64,000 nt of DNA from Chitinophaga pinensis (GTDB lineage Bacteria > Verrucomicrobiota > Verrucomicrobiia > Limisphaerales > JAEYXS01), in assembly GCA_943367715.1 (NCBI GenBank), contig CALRJY020000029.1, positions 41 to 64,040 on the forward strand, in the 5' to 3' direction. A model generated the notes under the pieces. That model made no database searches. It saw only the letters and a program-made list of their open reading frames with translations, and had not been told where the DNA came from. Shown in pieces: positions 44,768 through 54,342 of this stretch; within the stretch, counting starts at the first letter, position 1, and the number at the start of each line of letters is the position of its first letter. Position numbers and translations under genes: made by a program.

Positions 44768-46372
44768 ATGCGTCCCCTGCTCCTCGCCTTGGTGCTTTTG
44801 CTCACCGGATGGTCGTCCTCTGCCGTGTCTGCGGCGGATTACAAGCTGTGGCTCTACGTCCCCACAAACCTGCAAGTGGACAAATATGTGGACGACTTGG
44901 ATGTGCTCTTCCGTCGGGCGAAGAAAGCCGGTTACACCACCATCTTGCTGGCGGATTCAAAATTCGGCCGCCTGCATGACGTCATCCCGCGCTATTATCA
45001 GAACGTGGAGCGGGTCAAAAAGCTGGCGGCAGAGCTTGGCTTGGAGATTGTCCCCGCCGTCTTTCCGATCGGTTATTCAAACGACATCTTGTATCAGGAC
45101 CCGAATCTGGCCGAGGCCTTGCCGGTAAAGGACGCCTTGTTCGTGGTGAAAGAGGGCATAGCAAAGCTTCAGGCGGATGTGCCGATGACCTTGCCCGGCG
45201 GTGATTTCTCGGACCTGAAGAAGTGGAGCTGGAAGGATGATGCGGTCGTGGCCGATAATGGCGCGGCCAAGGTCGCTGATTTCAAGGAGAACGCGCGGCT
45301 CAATCAAAAGCTAAAGGTGCAACCCTTCCGCCAGTATCACGTCTCCGTCCGCATCAAAACACAGAACTTCACCGGAACGCCAGAGATCAAGGCCATCGGA
45401 AAAAATCTGTTGAATTTCGCGGGACTCGGTGTGAAACCGACACAAGATTGGACCACGCATCATGCGGTCTTTAACTCCCTTGAGAACACTGAGGTGAATC
45501 TCTATTTCGGCATGTGGGGCGGTGGCAAAGGTGCGCTGTGGTGGGATGATGCGAAGATCGAAGAGATCGGCTTGCAGAACCTCGTGCGCCGTCCGGGTGC
45601 TCCGCTGGTCGTGAAGAAAGAAGGCGGTGAAGTCTTGATGGAAGGCAAAGACTTCGAGGCCGTGCGTGACCCGGGTATGGGGAACAAACCTTATGCGGGC
45701 GAATACTCCGTCTGGCACGAACCGCCGGTCATCCGCACCAAGCTGCCGGATGGCACGAAGCTCCGCGTGTCCTACTATCACGTCGTCACTATTCATGAGG
45801 GTCAGGCGATGATCTGCCCCTCCGAGCCGAAGACGATGGCTCTGCTCAAAGACCAAGGCGAGCGCATGCTCAAGCTCTGGCAACCCAAAGCGTGGATGAT
45901 GTCCCACGATGAGATCCGCGTGCTGAACTGGTGCGATGCGTGCCAGCAACGGCATCTGGATGCCGGCGCCTTGCTCGCCGAGAACGCCAAAGCCTGCACG
46001 AAAATCCTGCGAGACCTTACCCCCGATGCCCGCATCTATGTGTGGAACGACATGTTCGATCCAGCTCACAATGCCCGGGATAACTATTACCTCGTGCGCG
46101 GCAATCTCGCCGGTTCCTGGGAGGGGCTGGACAAGAATGTGACCATCGTGAACTGGCACAGCGGCAAGGCGAAGGTGAACGTGCCTTGGTTCGCCGGTCG
46201 CGGGCACAAACAAGTGCTTGCCGGTTTCTACGATGCGCCCGCTGAACGCGTGCAAGTCTGGCTGGATGCGGCCAAGGGTGTAGAGGGCATCGAAGGCATC
46301 ATGTATACGACTTGGAAACAGGACTACCGGCAGTTGGAAAGGTTTGCGGAATTGGTGAAAGCGGCGAAGTAG
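44768..46372 (+). CDS. secreted hypothetical protein (possible glycoside-hydrolase-like TIM barrel with inserted beta module)
   Basis: Start at MRPLLLALVLLLTGWSSSAVSA (signal peptide). 534 aa with no confident family. Confidence 0.55.
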   Translation: MRPLLLALVLLLTGWSSSAVSAADYKLWLYVPTNLQVDKYVDDLDVLFRRAKKAGYTTILLADSKFGRLHDVIPRYYQNVERVKKLAAELGLEIVPAVFPIGYSNDILYQDPNLAEALPVKDALFVVKEGIAKLQADVPMTLPGGDFSDLKKWSWKDDAVVADNGAAKVADFKENARLNQKLKVQPFRQYHVSVRIKTQNFTGTPEIKAIGKNLLNFAGLGVKPTQDWTTHHAVFNSLENTEVNLYFGMWGGGKGALWWDDAKIEEIGLQNLVRRPGAPLVVKKEGGEVLMEGKDFEAVRDPGMGNKPYAGEYSVWHEPPVIRTKLPDGTKLRVSYYHVVTIHEGQAMICPSEPKTMALLKDQGERMLKLWQPKAWMMSHDEIRVLNWCDACQQRHLDAGALLAENAKACTKILRDLTPDARIYVWNDMFDPAHNARDNYYLVRGNLAGSWEGLDKNVTIVNWHSGKAKVNVPWFAGRGHKQVLAGFYDAPAERVQVWLDAAKGVEGIEGIMYTTWKQDYRQLERFAELVKAAK

Positions 46373-46424
46373 CTCGCTTTCAGGAAGTTGCCAGGCCCCT
46401 ATTTCAGAAAGTTCCTTGTGCCGC

Positions 46425-46469
46425 TTGACAAATAGCCTCGTATTCTCTAATTTCTGTTTAGACAGAAAT
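46425..46469 (+). promoter_or_regulatory. candidate sigma70-like promoter (TTGACA-17-TAATTT) overlapping an 8-4-8 palindromic operator
   Basis: ttgaca at 46425-46430 and taattt at 46448-46453. Perfect inverted repeat atttctgt-ttag-acagaaat at 46450-46469, 10 nt upstream of the GbsR/MarR-type regulator ATG. Confidence 0.4.
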
Positions 46470-46479
46470 AGAAGAAGCC

Positions 46480-47016
46480 ATGAACACACTCACACCAGTC
46501 CAGCAGAAGTTCATCCTCCACTGGGGGGAGATGGGGACCCGGTGGGGGATCAACCGGACCGTGGCCCAGATCCATGCCCTGCTCTATCTCTCGCCCAAGC
46601 CGCTCCACGCAGAAGAGATCGCCGATACGCTGGCCGTAGCCCGCTCGAACGTGAGTAACAGCCTGAAGGAGCTCCAGGGCTGGGGCATTGTGAAGCTGGT
46701 GCATGTGCTGGGGGACAAACGGGATCATTTTGAATCGATGAAGGACGTATGGGAGATGTTCCGCGTGGTATTGGACGAGCGGAAGAAACGGGAGATCGAC
46801 CCCACCCTCACGATGCTGCGCGAATGTCTCATCGAGCTGGAAGATGAGAAGTCGAAGGATACCTATGTCCGCGAGCGTATCCACTCGATGCGGGATTTCT
46901 TTGAGACGACGACGGCCTGGTATCAACAGGTCCGCGCCTGGCCCACGAATGCGGTGGTCCGCTTTGTGAAGCTGGGGGACAAGGTTTTGCGAGTGTTAGG
47001 AATCGGGGGAAATTAA
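46480..47016 (+). CDS. GbsR/MarR-family transcriptional regulator
   Basis: 178 aa. FILHWGEMGTRWGINRTVAQIHALLYLSPKPLHAEEIADTLAVARSNVSNSLKELQGWGIV is the typical GbsR-type winged-helix N-terminus. Confidence 0.75.
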   Translation: MNTLTPVQQKFILHWGEMGTRWGINRTVAQIHALLYLSPKPLHAEEIADTLAVARSNVSNSLKELQGWGIVKLVHVLGDKRDHFESMKDVWEMFRVVLDERKKREIDPTLTMLRECLIELEDEKSKDTYVRERIHSMRDFFETTTAWYQQVRAWPTNAVVRFVKLGDKVLRVLGIGGN

Positions 47017-47020
47017 AGTT

Positions 47021-47167
47021 ATGCCTCCAGTGGTCATAGTCATGGGATTCGGATTAGGAACGTTGTTTCTGACCATGTTTTTGGTCAGCAATCCAACGAT
47101 GGCAGCGGCAATCGGTGCCGGATCGCTGGTGATAGCGGGTATTTTGAAATGGCGGAAGCGGGTTTGA
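47021..47167 (+). CDS. small (48-aa) two-helix membrane protein
   Basis: Not in the ORF track because it is under 60 aa. The ATG lies 4 nt after the regulator stop. MPPVVIVMGFGLGTLFLTMFLVSNPTMAAAIGAGSLVIAGILKWRKRV. Operon position supports it. Confidence 0.35.
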   Translation: MPPVVIVMGFGLGTLFLTMFLVSNPTMAAAIGAGSLVIAGILKWRKRV

Positions 47168-47190
47168 TTTTTTTTTGAAAGGATATTTCT

Positions 47191-47613
47191 GTGAATACTG
47201 AAATTACAGACACGGTTAACGGAGCGGTGTTCTTCGATGGCGAATGCCCGATGTGCCAACGCTTGGCCCGGCGGTTCGGTCCCCTGCTCCATCGGCGTGG
47301 GTTTGAAATGGTGCCACTGCAAGCTGACTGGGTGGCCACGACGCTGAAAGTGACGCGGACTGAGCTGCTGGAGGAGATGCACCTGCTCTGCACGGATGGT
47401 CGGGTCTTGCGCGGCGTGGAGGCCTATCTGGAATTCGCCCGGCATGGCTGGCTCACCCGCTGGCTGGTGCCCGTGGCGCGCCTGCCGCTCATCTATCCGC
47501 TGCTCAATCGCATTTACCGCTATGCGGCAGCACATCGGCATTGCACCGGCGGCCACTGCAAGATTCACCGGCCTGTTCACCACCGCACCATCCCCTTTCT
47601 GGATATGCCATGA
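47191..47613 (+). CDS. DCC1-like thiol-disulfide oxidoreductase (DUF393)
   Basis: The FFDGECPMCQRL motif (DGxCxxC) near the N-terminus and the 140-aa length are typical for the family. Confidence 0.7.
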   Translation: MNTEITDTVNGAVFFDGECPMCQRLARRFGPLLHRRGFEMVPLQADWVATTLKVTRTELLEEMHLLCTDGRVLRGVEAYLEFARHGWLTRWLVPVARLPLIYPLLNRIYRYAAAHRHCTGGHCKIHRPVHHRTIPFLDMP

Positions 47614-48485
47614 ATGCGACCACCCACAGAACATTCGCCGCTGCGCTGCTCGTCTGCCTGACAGTCTTGCCGTTCGGTGTGCGTGAGCACTTGCCCGCCT
47701 GGGTGTTTATGTGGGCTTTGGCCTTCGCACTCTATTTCGGCTGCAAGGTGCTGACCTTGGCTGAAGCCGGACCAGCCTTCACCACCATGAATGGTCTTCG
47801 CACCCTTGGTTACTTGCTGCTATGGCCGGGCATGGACCCGAAACCATTTGAGCAAGCGACACGTAATTTCCCTGCTCCAGCTTTAAAAACTTGGGGCCAA
47901 GCATTGTTCAGGACATTACACGGCGCGGTCTTGATCTGGGTCGTGGTGCCTCGGATCGACGAAGCACATTGGATACCTCGCGCCGCTGTCGGCATGCTGG
48001 GCATCATCCTGCTGCTTCATTTCGGTCTGTTCCGTCTGCTGGCGTTGGGCTGGCAGGCGCGGCATATCCCGGTGCGCCCCTTGATGGATAATCCCATCCG
48101 GGCGACGAGTCTCACGGAATTCTGGGGACGGCGCTGGAACAGCGGCTTCCATGATCTTATGCACCGCTACATCTTCCGTCCGGGGGCAAGACGGTTCGGC
48201 GTTCGAGCGGCGATGATGCTGGTTTTCCTGGCTTCGGGCCTCATTCACGAATTGGTCATCACCGTGCCGACTGGTGGCGGTTATGGATTGCCGACGCTCT
48301 ATTTTTTGCTGCAAGGGCTGGGTGTGGAATTTGAACGGAGCACATTAGGTCGTAACTGGCATTTAGGCCAAGGTATCAAAGGCTGGTGTTTTGTGCTTCT
48401 CGTGACGGCTGGGCCCATTGCCCTGCTGTTTCCGCCGCTATTCCTACACCATATCATTTTGCCGATGCTGAAAACCATCACCTAA
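47610..48485 (+). CDS. MBOAT/wax-synthase-like membrane acyltransferase
   Basis: ATGA start/stop overlap with the DCC gene. Multi-TM protein. EFWGRRWNSGFHDLMHRYIF and SGLIHE (conserved His) motifs. Confidence 0.6.
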   Translation: MNATTHRTFAAALLVCLTVLPFGVREHLPAWVFMWALAFALYFGCKVLTLAEAGPAFTTMNGLRTLGYLLLWPGMDPKPFEQATRNFPAPALKTWGQALFRTLHGAVLIWVVVPRIDEAHWIPRAAVGMLGIILLLHFGLFRLLALGWQARHIPVRPLMDNPIRATSLTEFWGRRWNSGFHDLMHRYIFRPGARRFGVRAAMMLVFLASGLIHELVITVPTGGGYGLPTLYFLLQGLGVEFERSTLGRNWHLGQGIKGWCFVLLVTAGPIALLFPPLFLHHIILPMLKTIT

Positions 48486-48494
48486 AGGAGATTT

Positions 48495-48920
48495 ATGAAC
48501 ACCGACCTCATCATCACTTTGTTAAAAGCCGCCGGGTTGTTGCATTTCGGCATTCTCTGCGCCGGGCTGACCATGCCGCAGGTCATCGGACTAAAACGGC
48601 ATCTCACACCGTTGCCGCCTTTCATCCGCAATCTGTTCTGGGTTTACTACACCTTCATCGGCACGTGTTTGATCGGGTTCGGGCTGTTCACTTATATCAT
48701 GGCGGAGCAACTTGCCACAGGCGATGGCATCGCCCGGGCGGTGCTCGCCTTCTTCGCGCTCTTCTGGTTGCTGCGCGTGGTGGTTGCGGTGTTCATCTTC
48801 GATGTCACCCCGTATCTCACCAGCCGGATGATGCGGGTGGGTTACTGGTGCACGAACCTGGTGTTCGTTTATTTCACGACAGTTTACGCGGTAGCGGCCT
48901 GGAAAGGTGGAACTCTATGA
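48495..48920 (+). CDS. hypothetical 4-TM membrane protein
   Basis: 141 aa, four hydrophobic helices. Its stop overlaps the next start (ATGA at 48917). Confidence 0.5.
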   Translation: MNTDLIITLLKAAGLLHFGILCAGLTMPQVIGLKRHLTPLPPFIRNLFWVYYTFIGTCLIGFGLFTYIMAEQLATGDGIARAVLAFFALFWLLRVVVAVFIFDVTPYLTSRMMRVGYWCTNLVFVYFTTVYAVAAWKGGTL

Positions 48921-49879
48921 AAATAGCGATCACTGGTGGAACTGGATTTGTGGGGAAACACCTGGCCCGGAAGCTGGTGGCGGCAGGTCATGAGGTGGTG
49001 CTCATCGCGCGCGGTGTGGATACCCGCGATACGCGCACGCCCGGACTGCCGCACACCACTTTCCGGCCAGTTGGTACCGGCGATGTGGCGGCACTGACTG
49101 AGGCGTTTCAAGGGTGCGATGGTGTGGCGCATTGCGCGGGGATCAATCGCGAGATCGGTGAACAAACCTATGCACGCGTGCATGTGCAAGGGACAAAGAA
49201 CGTCGTGGCGGCAGCGCGAAAGGCCGGGGTGAAACGGATCACGCTGATGAGCTTCTTGCGCGCCCGGCCAGATTGCGGCTCGGGCTATCATGAATCGAAG
49301 TGGGCAGCGGAAGAAGTTATCCGCGCTTCGGGACTGGATTACACCATTCTCAAGGCGGGTGTCATCTATGGTGAAGGCGATCACATGCTGGATCATTTGA
49401 GCCATGCATTTCATACGTTTCCGTTGTTTGCCTTCGTCGGATTTAATGAGCAATTGGTGCGACCTTGCGAGGTGGAGGATGTGGCGACCATCCTGGAAGC
49501 AGCGCTGGTGAAAGGTCGGCTGGCGAAAGCGACGGTAGCGGTCACAGGGCCGGAGGAACTTACTCTGAGCAACGCTGTCCGGCGGGTGGCCAAAGTGGTA
49601 GCCAAACGGCCCTTCTGGTTCCGGGCACCGTTGTGGCTTCACTATGCATTCGGATGGGTGCTGGAACGGACGATGACGATACCGCTCATCGCGACAGCAC
49701 AGGTGCGGATCCTTTCGGAAGGCGTGGTGGTGCCCCTGCCCTATGCAGAGGAATTGCCGGAAGATTTACGGCCGCAGCTTCCTTTCTCGGAGGCACAGAT
49801 TCGCAAAGGGTTGCCGGAGCCGAAAGGGTTTGGGCGGGAGGATTGTTTGTGCTGGAACGCCTTGTTTGGGAAGGCTTAG
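48917..49879 (+). CDS. NAD-dependent epimerase/dehydratase-type SDR (NDUFA9/complex-I-like atypical SDR)
   Basis: MKIAITGGTGFVGKHL Rossmann motif. YHESKWAAE (YxxxK). The long 48386 ORF upstream part is overlap noise. Confidence 0.75.
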   Translation: MKIAITGGTGFVGKHLARKLVAAGHEVVLIARGVDTRDTRTPGLPHTTFRPVGTGDVAALTEAFQGCDGVAHCAGINREIGEQTYARVHVQGTKNVVAAARKAGVKRITLMSFLRARPDCGSGYHESKWAAEEVIRASGLDYTILKAGVIYGEGDHMLDHLSHAFHTFPLFAFVGFNEQLVRPCEVEDVATILEAALVKGRLAKATVAVTGPEELTLSNAVRRVAKVVAKRPFWFRAPLWLHYAFGWVLERTMTIPLIATAQVRILSEGVVVPLPYAEELPEDLRPQLPFSEAQIRKGLPEPKGFGREDCLCWNALFGKA

Positions 49880-49951
49880 GGAACGAAGGATTGGAACAGG
49901 AGCTAACAGAGGGAACGGAGAAAAAATCGGGGATGAGGGCGATTGGGAACT

Positions 49952-50887
49952 ATGAAACAGAAGATTGTCATCGCGGGAGGTAGCGGCTTTCTAGGGCGGG
50001 CGCTGGCGGAATATTTTACAGCCAAGGAGTGTGAGGTGGTGATCTTGACACGCCATCCCAGTCCGCTCTGTCCGCACGGGCGGGAGGTGTACTGGGATGG
50101 CTGCACGTTGGGGGATTGGGCGAAGGAGTTGGAGGGTGCAGATGCGTTGGTCAATCTCGCGGGCGTGTCGGTGGATTGCCGGTACACGGCGAAGAACCGG
50201 CGGCTCATCATGGATTCGCGGATCGATTCGACGCGGGTGCTGAGTGAGGCGGTCACGCGCTGCCAGCATGCACCACGGGTATGGTTGAACTCGAGCACAG
50301 CCACGATCTACAAGCACACATATGGTCGTCCGTGGGATGAAGCGGGTGAAATCGGAGCGACGGCAGAGGCTAAGGATGCGTTCTCGATTGAGGTCGCCAC
50401 GGCTTGGGAAAGAGTTTTCAATGAAGTCCAGACTCCCTGCACGCGCAAAGTGGCACTACGGACGGCGATGGTGATGGGGCATGGGCGGAACAGCGTGTTC
50501 CCGGTGATGCGGCGGATGATCCGGTTCGGTCTGGGCGGACAGATGGGGGACGGGCGGCAGTATATGTCGTGGATCCATGAGGTGGATTTCTGCCGGGCGA
50601 TCGAGTGGTTAATCGCGCGTGAGGATGTCAGCGGCGTGGTGAATCTCGCGGCGCCGAATCCAGTAACGAATGCCGAGATGATGCGGACGTTTCGCGAGGT
50701 GTGCGGAGTGCCGTTCGGTTTGCCAGCAGCGAAGTGGATGCTAGAGATCGGTGCGGTGTTTCTGCGGACGGAGACGGAGTTGATCATCAAGAGCCGACGG
50801 GTGGTGCCGGGACGATTATTGCACGAAGGGTTTCAATTTAAGTTCAGTGAGGTGAGGATGGCGCTGGAAAATTTGACGAGGATTTGA
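49952..50887 (+). CDS. TIGR01777/YfcH-like epimerase-family protein (SDR N-domain plus DUF1731-like C-domain)
   Basis: MKQKIVIAGGSGFLGRAL. C-terminal ...RRVVPGRLLHEGFQFKF is typical of YfcH-like proteins. Confidence 0.7.
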   Translation: MKQKIVIAGGSGFLGRALAEYFTAKECEVVILTRHPSPLCPHGREVYWDGCTLGDWAKELEGADALVNLAGVSVDCRYTAKNRRLIMDSRIDSTRVLSEAVTRCQHAPRVWLNSSTATIYKHTYGRPWDEAGEIGATAEAKDAFSIEVATAWERVFNEVQTPCTRKVALRTAMVMGHGRNSVFPVMRRMIRFGLGGQMGDGRQYMSWIHEVDFCRAIEWLIAREDVSGVVNLAAPNPVTNAEMMRTFREVCGVPFGLPAAKWMLEIGAVFLRTETELIIKSRRVVPGRLLHEGFQFKFSEVRMALENLTRI

Positions 50888-50926
50888 CGCGAATAAGCGC
50901 GAATTGGGAAACGACGGAAAGGTTAT

Positions 50927-51709
50927 ATGAATGCTTTAGACGTCGAAAGGGATGCAGGGGTGGAGCTGAATCTGGCAGCGAGCGAGCGCATGCTGTCGCT
51001 GCGGGGGGAGCCGTTGTTCGTGGCGGATTGGGTGGAGTTGTTCTTTTTGCATTTCGAGGTGCCGGTAGAGGTATTAGAGCGCGAGGTCCCCTTCCCTTTG
51101 GATCTGTATGAAGGGCGGGCGTTTGTGAGTCTCGTATCGTTTCAGTTGGAGCAGTTGCGGTTGTTTGAGGCACCGACGCTGACGGAGGCGGTGTTTCGGC
51201 CGTTCACGCGGAGTCACTTTCTGAATGTGCGGGCGTATGTGACGCATCGCGGCGAGCCGGGCATCTATTTCATGCAGGAGTTTCTCTCGAACCGGTTGAG
51301 CATTCCGTTTGGGCGGCCGGTGTATGGGTTGCCGTATCATCATGCGGCGGCGCAACGGCAAATTGATCTCAAGCGCGGCGATATGAAGCTGGAGCTGAAT
51401 GCAGCGAAGGAACGGCGGCTGGAGTTGCAGGCGAGCTTTGATACGGCAGAAAGGCCGTCTCCGTGTGAAGCGGGTTCGCTCACCGAATTTTTACTGGAGC
51501 GGCATACGGCGTATACGTGTCACCGGGGGAACAAGCGGCGGTTTCGGATTTGGCATCCGCCGTGGCAACAACGCGCGGTGGAGTTTCAAGCTAAGGACGA
51601 GGGATTGTTGGGAAACGCGGGCGGATGGTTTACGGAAGCGGAGCCCATCGGCGGGCATCTGGCGTTGTTAGGCAAAGATGTGTGGATGGGCAGGCCGTGT
51701 GGAGTGTGA
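50927..51709 (+). CDS. DUF2071-like protein
   Basis: 260 aa. WVELFFLHFEVP...LDLYEGRAFVSLVSF pattern recalled from the DUF2071 (YqjF-like) family. Last gene of the co-directional operon. Confidence 0.45.
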   Translation: MNALDVERDAGVELNLAASERMLSLRGEPLFVADWVELFFLHFEVPVEVLEREVPFPLDLYEGRAFVSLVSFQLEQLRLFEAPTLTEAVFRPFTRSHFLNVRAYVTHRGEPGIYFMQEFLSNRLSIPFGRPVYGLPYHHAAAQRQIDLKRGDMKLELNAAKERRLELQASFDTAERPSPCEAGSLTEFLLERHTAYTCHRGNKRRFRIWHPPWQQRAVEFQAKDEGLLGNAGGWFTEAEPIGGHLALLGKDVWMGRPCGV

Positions 51710-51725
51710 GTCCACACGGCTTTTA
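51695..51725. terminator. hairpin terminator at the convergent gene junction
   Basis: ccgtgtgga-gtgtgag-tccacacgg (9-bp stem) followed by ctttta. Overlaps the stop codon at 51707-51709. Confidence 0.45.
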
Positions 51726-51754
51726 CATTCACATCGCAATTATTTTCTCATGCC

Positions 51755-54076
51755 TTACGGCACTTTCAGCAGCATGAAGGAATCGAGTTCCGTGCCGCCT
51801 TCCCGGCCGTAGATGTCCACATCCAGCACGCCGGTGGTGAGGCTCATGTTGGTGCCGACAGCGCGCCAGGTCCATGAGTTGGTGCTGAGCGGGACGGACC
51901 AAAGCTGGTTCGCCCCGCCGTTGAGGGAGATGAAGAAGCTGTCCGAATTGCCGTTCTGCGCGCGGGTGCGACCGAGGAGCAGATAGTTGCCGTTTGCATA
52001 AACCGGGATCTGGAAGCTCGCCGCGTTGGTGGCTTGATTGCTGCCGAAGGGTGACGTGAGGGAAGCGCCCGTGACGGATGCGACATTATTCGTCAGCACG
52101 AAGCCTTGATAAGTGTCGGGCGAGAGCGACGGCGCCTTCGCGGTGCTAGGCCGGTTCAACCACAGATAGTCGAGCTTCGCTCCGGGTTCACGCGCGATGA
52201 GTTTCAACGTGTAAGTGCCAGGCGCGAGGCTGAAGCGCGTCATCGCTTTTACCGAACCATACGTCACGGGCTGGTATTCCCAACGCCCGCGCACATGCCA
52301 ATCCACCATGGGTCCTCCCGCGACCTGCACGTAAAAGCTGTCGTCGGTATCGGTCACCGAGTGAGTCGAGCCGCCCAAGACATAGTCCGAAGCGTAATCC
52401 ACCGTGAAGGTCCATTGGGCGTAGTTCGTACTGCCGGTGACCGAACTCGACAGATAAGAGCCGAACGGCCGCTTGGCATCCGTGGTCAAGGCCATCGAGC
52501 CGGCTCGGGTGGCGGCGGCAGGTTTGAACAGGATGCCGGTCACCTTCGCGGCACTGTCCCGCTGGGGCACGCCCAGCTCAGATTGCGTCCGGTAGAGGCG
52601 CAGCGTGGAGGGCGGCGGATTGATGGGATTCCCGTTACCATCCAGGCGAGGCGCATCGCGATAGGGGGGCAACGTTTCCCAGCGCAGGTAATAGTGATGG
52701 TCCGCGTAAGCGAGACCGCCGGAGCGCAACCGCCGCACGGCCATCGAGTCGCCATCATGGGTGTAATTGATCTCCGGCGTGCTGCTGTCGAAGTAAGCGT
52801 TGGTGGACGTGGGCGAGTTCGCGGAGAGATAGGTGCCTGTATTCGGATAGGTGAGAATCACCTTCTTCAACATCGCTTCATCCAGCAGATACGGACCGCT
52901 GTTGGTATCCATGACGCCCGTTTCGGTGACCATCGAGACACTCACCGTGGTGAGGCCGTCCACCGGATCATCCGCGCCGAAGGAATTCGCAACGCTGCCT
53001 CCCGGCGGCAAACTGCCGCCACCCGAGAATTCCCAATGCCACGAAGAACTCGTCAACTTCACGATGTTCCACACGTTCGATCCGGGAATCGGCCGCGCGA
53101 CATACACCTGGGAATTACCGCTTCCATCGTATTTGTGATAGGCCACGAGCGGCACGCCATCGCGATCGAAGGAGAGCTTGGGCTGGCCGTTCAGTAGGCC
53201 GCCCAACTGCGGCACGTTATCGATCGTCGTGAACGACTGGCTGGGCGTCACTGGCAGAGTCACCGCGCGACCGAAGGCATCGGTCCAGTTCGTGAAGTTG
53301 GCGGTGCGCATGTAGGAGAGCCGGTAATTGCTTTCCGCACCGCCGGTGCCGCGCCAGACCCACAGGCAATGCACATAACCCCGATCCACCACGAACCCCG
53401 GATAGACACTGTAATTGTTCGTCCAATTGAAGATCGCGGGACCGCCGGTCGCCTTCGCGAACGTCTTCGGCGAGGCCGCGTAGCTCAGGAGATACCAGCT
53501 TCCCGCATTATCCGCCGTGTGATTGCGATAGGAGAAGATGAACTCCTCTTTCGGCCCCAGGAAGAACGAGGGATACGTTGATTGACTCTCCGTGGTGGTG
53601 CTGACGAGCGAGGTAAGCTTCGTCATGAAACCGGCGACGAATTGCGACGACGAAGTCACCGGCGAAGCCGAGCGCCAATAGTTCATCGGGTTGCGATGCA
53701 GGTTCCCGGACAAGTGCAGGTAGCCGAGCGAATCCACCGTCATCGTAAGGTAATTGTGACTGTCCCAGCCTACGTTCGAGGCCAGGGCGACCTTGACCCA
53801 GTTCGTGGAAGTCATATTCCGCGCGGCCAACGTCACCTGCCGATACTGGTTGTAGTAGGCCGCGATCTGCACGTCCTTCAACGTGATGAAAGAAAAGCCG
53901 ACGTAGTGTCCGGACCACGCCGGATCGATGTTCAAGGAACCACCCTTGGCCAGCGGATCATTGGGGAAGTCATCATTCGCCGCGGCCTGACTGAGCTGCG
54001 GATTGGCCAGCGCCAATAGTGCCATCAGCAGGAGGAACAACTTGGGAATACTCGGATTGGTTTTTTGCGCATTCAT
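51755..54076 (-). CDS. secreted BNR_4-like beta-propeller protein with two C-terminal carbohydrate-binding-like modules
   Basis: Start at MNAQKTNPSIPKLFLLLMALLALANPQLSQA (signal peptide). HNYLTMTVDSLGYLHLSGNLHRNPMNYWRS resembles the BNR_4 family. C-terminal modules end in ..GAKLDYLWLN and ..GTELDSFMLLKV (CBM-like). Confidence 0.5.
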   Translation of the reverse strand: MNAQKTNPSIPKLFLLLMALLALANPQLSQAAANDDFPNDPLAKGGSLNIDPAWSGHYVGFSFITLKDVQIAAYYNQYRQVTLAARNMTSTNWVKVALASNVGWDSHNYLTMTVDSLGYLHLSGNLHRNPMNYWRSASPVTSSSQFVAGFMTKLTSLVSTTTESQSTYPSFFLGPKEEFIFSYRNHTADNAGSWYLLSYAASPKTFAKATGGPAIFNWTNNYSVYPGFVVDRGYVHCLWVWRGTGGAESNYRLSYMRTANFTNWTDAFGRAVTLPVTPSQSFTTIDNVPQLGGLLNGQPKLSFDRDGVPLVAYHKYDGSGNSQVYVARPIPGSNVWNIVKLTSSSWHWEFSGGGSLPPGGSVANSFGADDPVDGLTTVSVSMVTETGVMDTNSGPYLLDEAMLKKVILTYPNTGTYLSANSPTSTNAYFDSSTPEINYTHDGDSMAVRRLRSGGLAYADHHYYLRWETLPPYRDAPRLDGNGNPINPPPSTLRLYRTQSELGVPQRDSAAKVTGILFKPAAATRAGSMALTTDAKRPFGSYLSSSVTGSTNYAQWTFTVDYASDYVLGGSTHSVTDTDDSFYVQVAGGPMVDWHVRGRWEYQPVTYGSVKAMTRFSLAPGTYTLKLIAREPGAKLDYLWLNRPSTAKAPSLSPDTYQGFVLTNNVASVTGASLTSPFGSNQATNAASFQIPVYANGNYLLLGRTRAQNGNSDSFFISLNGGANQLWSVPLSTNSWTWRAVGTNMSLTTGVLDVDIYGREGGTELDSFMLLKVP

Positions 54077-54342
54077 AGATAGTCGAATCGTCGGATCAGT
54101 TCGGTTCTGTTCTGAGCAAGTGGGTGGCGGTACGACGATGCACATTCGATGAAACGCCTTTCGAAGGAGCAAGACTGCTTGCCACGGCCACGGGTGATTG
54201 AGGGGAAGATAGCAGCGTTTTTGAAAAATGCCAGTAACCTTAAACCAACTCCCCTGCTCCTCCCTCAACGTTCAACACAAACTCCGCGCATGGATCGCTT
54301 TGCAACTGGATTTAACCACCTTATTTCACCTAACCTCCCCGC

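Noticed and set aside
46450-46469. Possible relationship between the GbsR operator palindrome (ttctg-N6-cagaa) and the cassette-tail palindrome (ttctg-N3-cagaa at 19648-19660 and 35294-35306)
   Set aside because: Only 5-nt half-sites are shared, with different spacing. This is easily explained by chance, so no link is claimed.
45311-46489. 392-aa minus-strand ORF, plus 52106..53197 (+) and 61168..62169 (-)
   Set aside because: All lie antisense within longer ORFs that have signal peptides and family motifs. They are treated as shadow ORFs.
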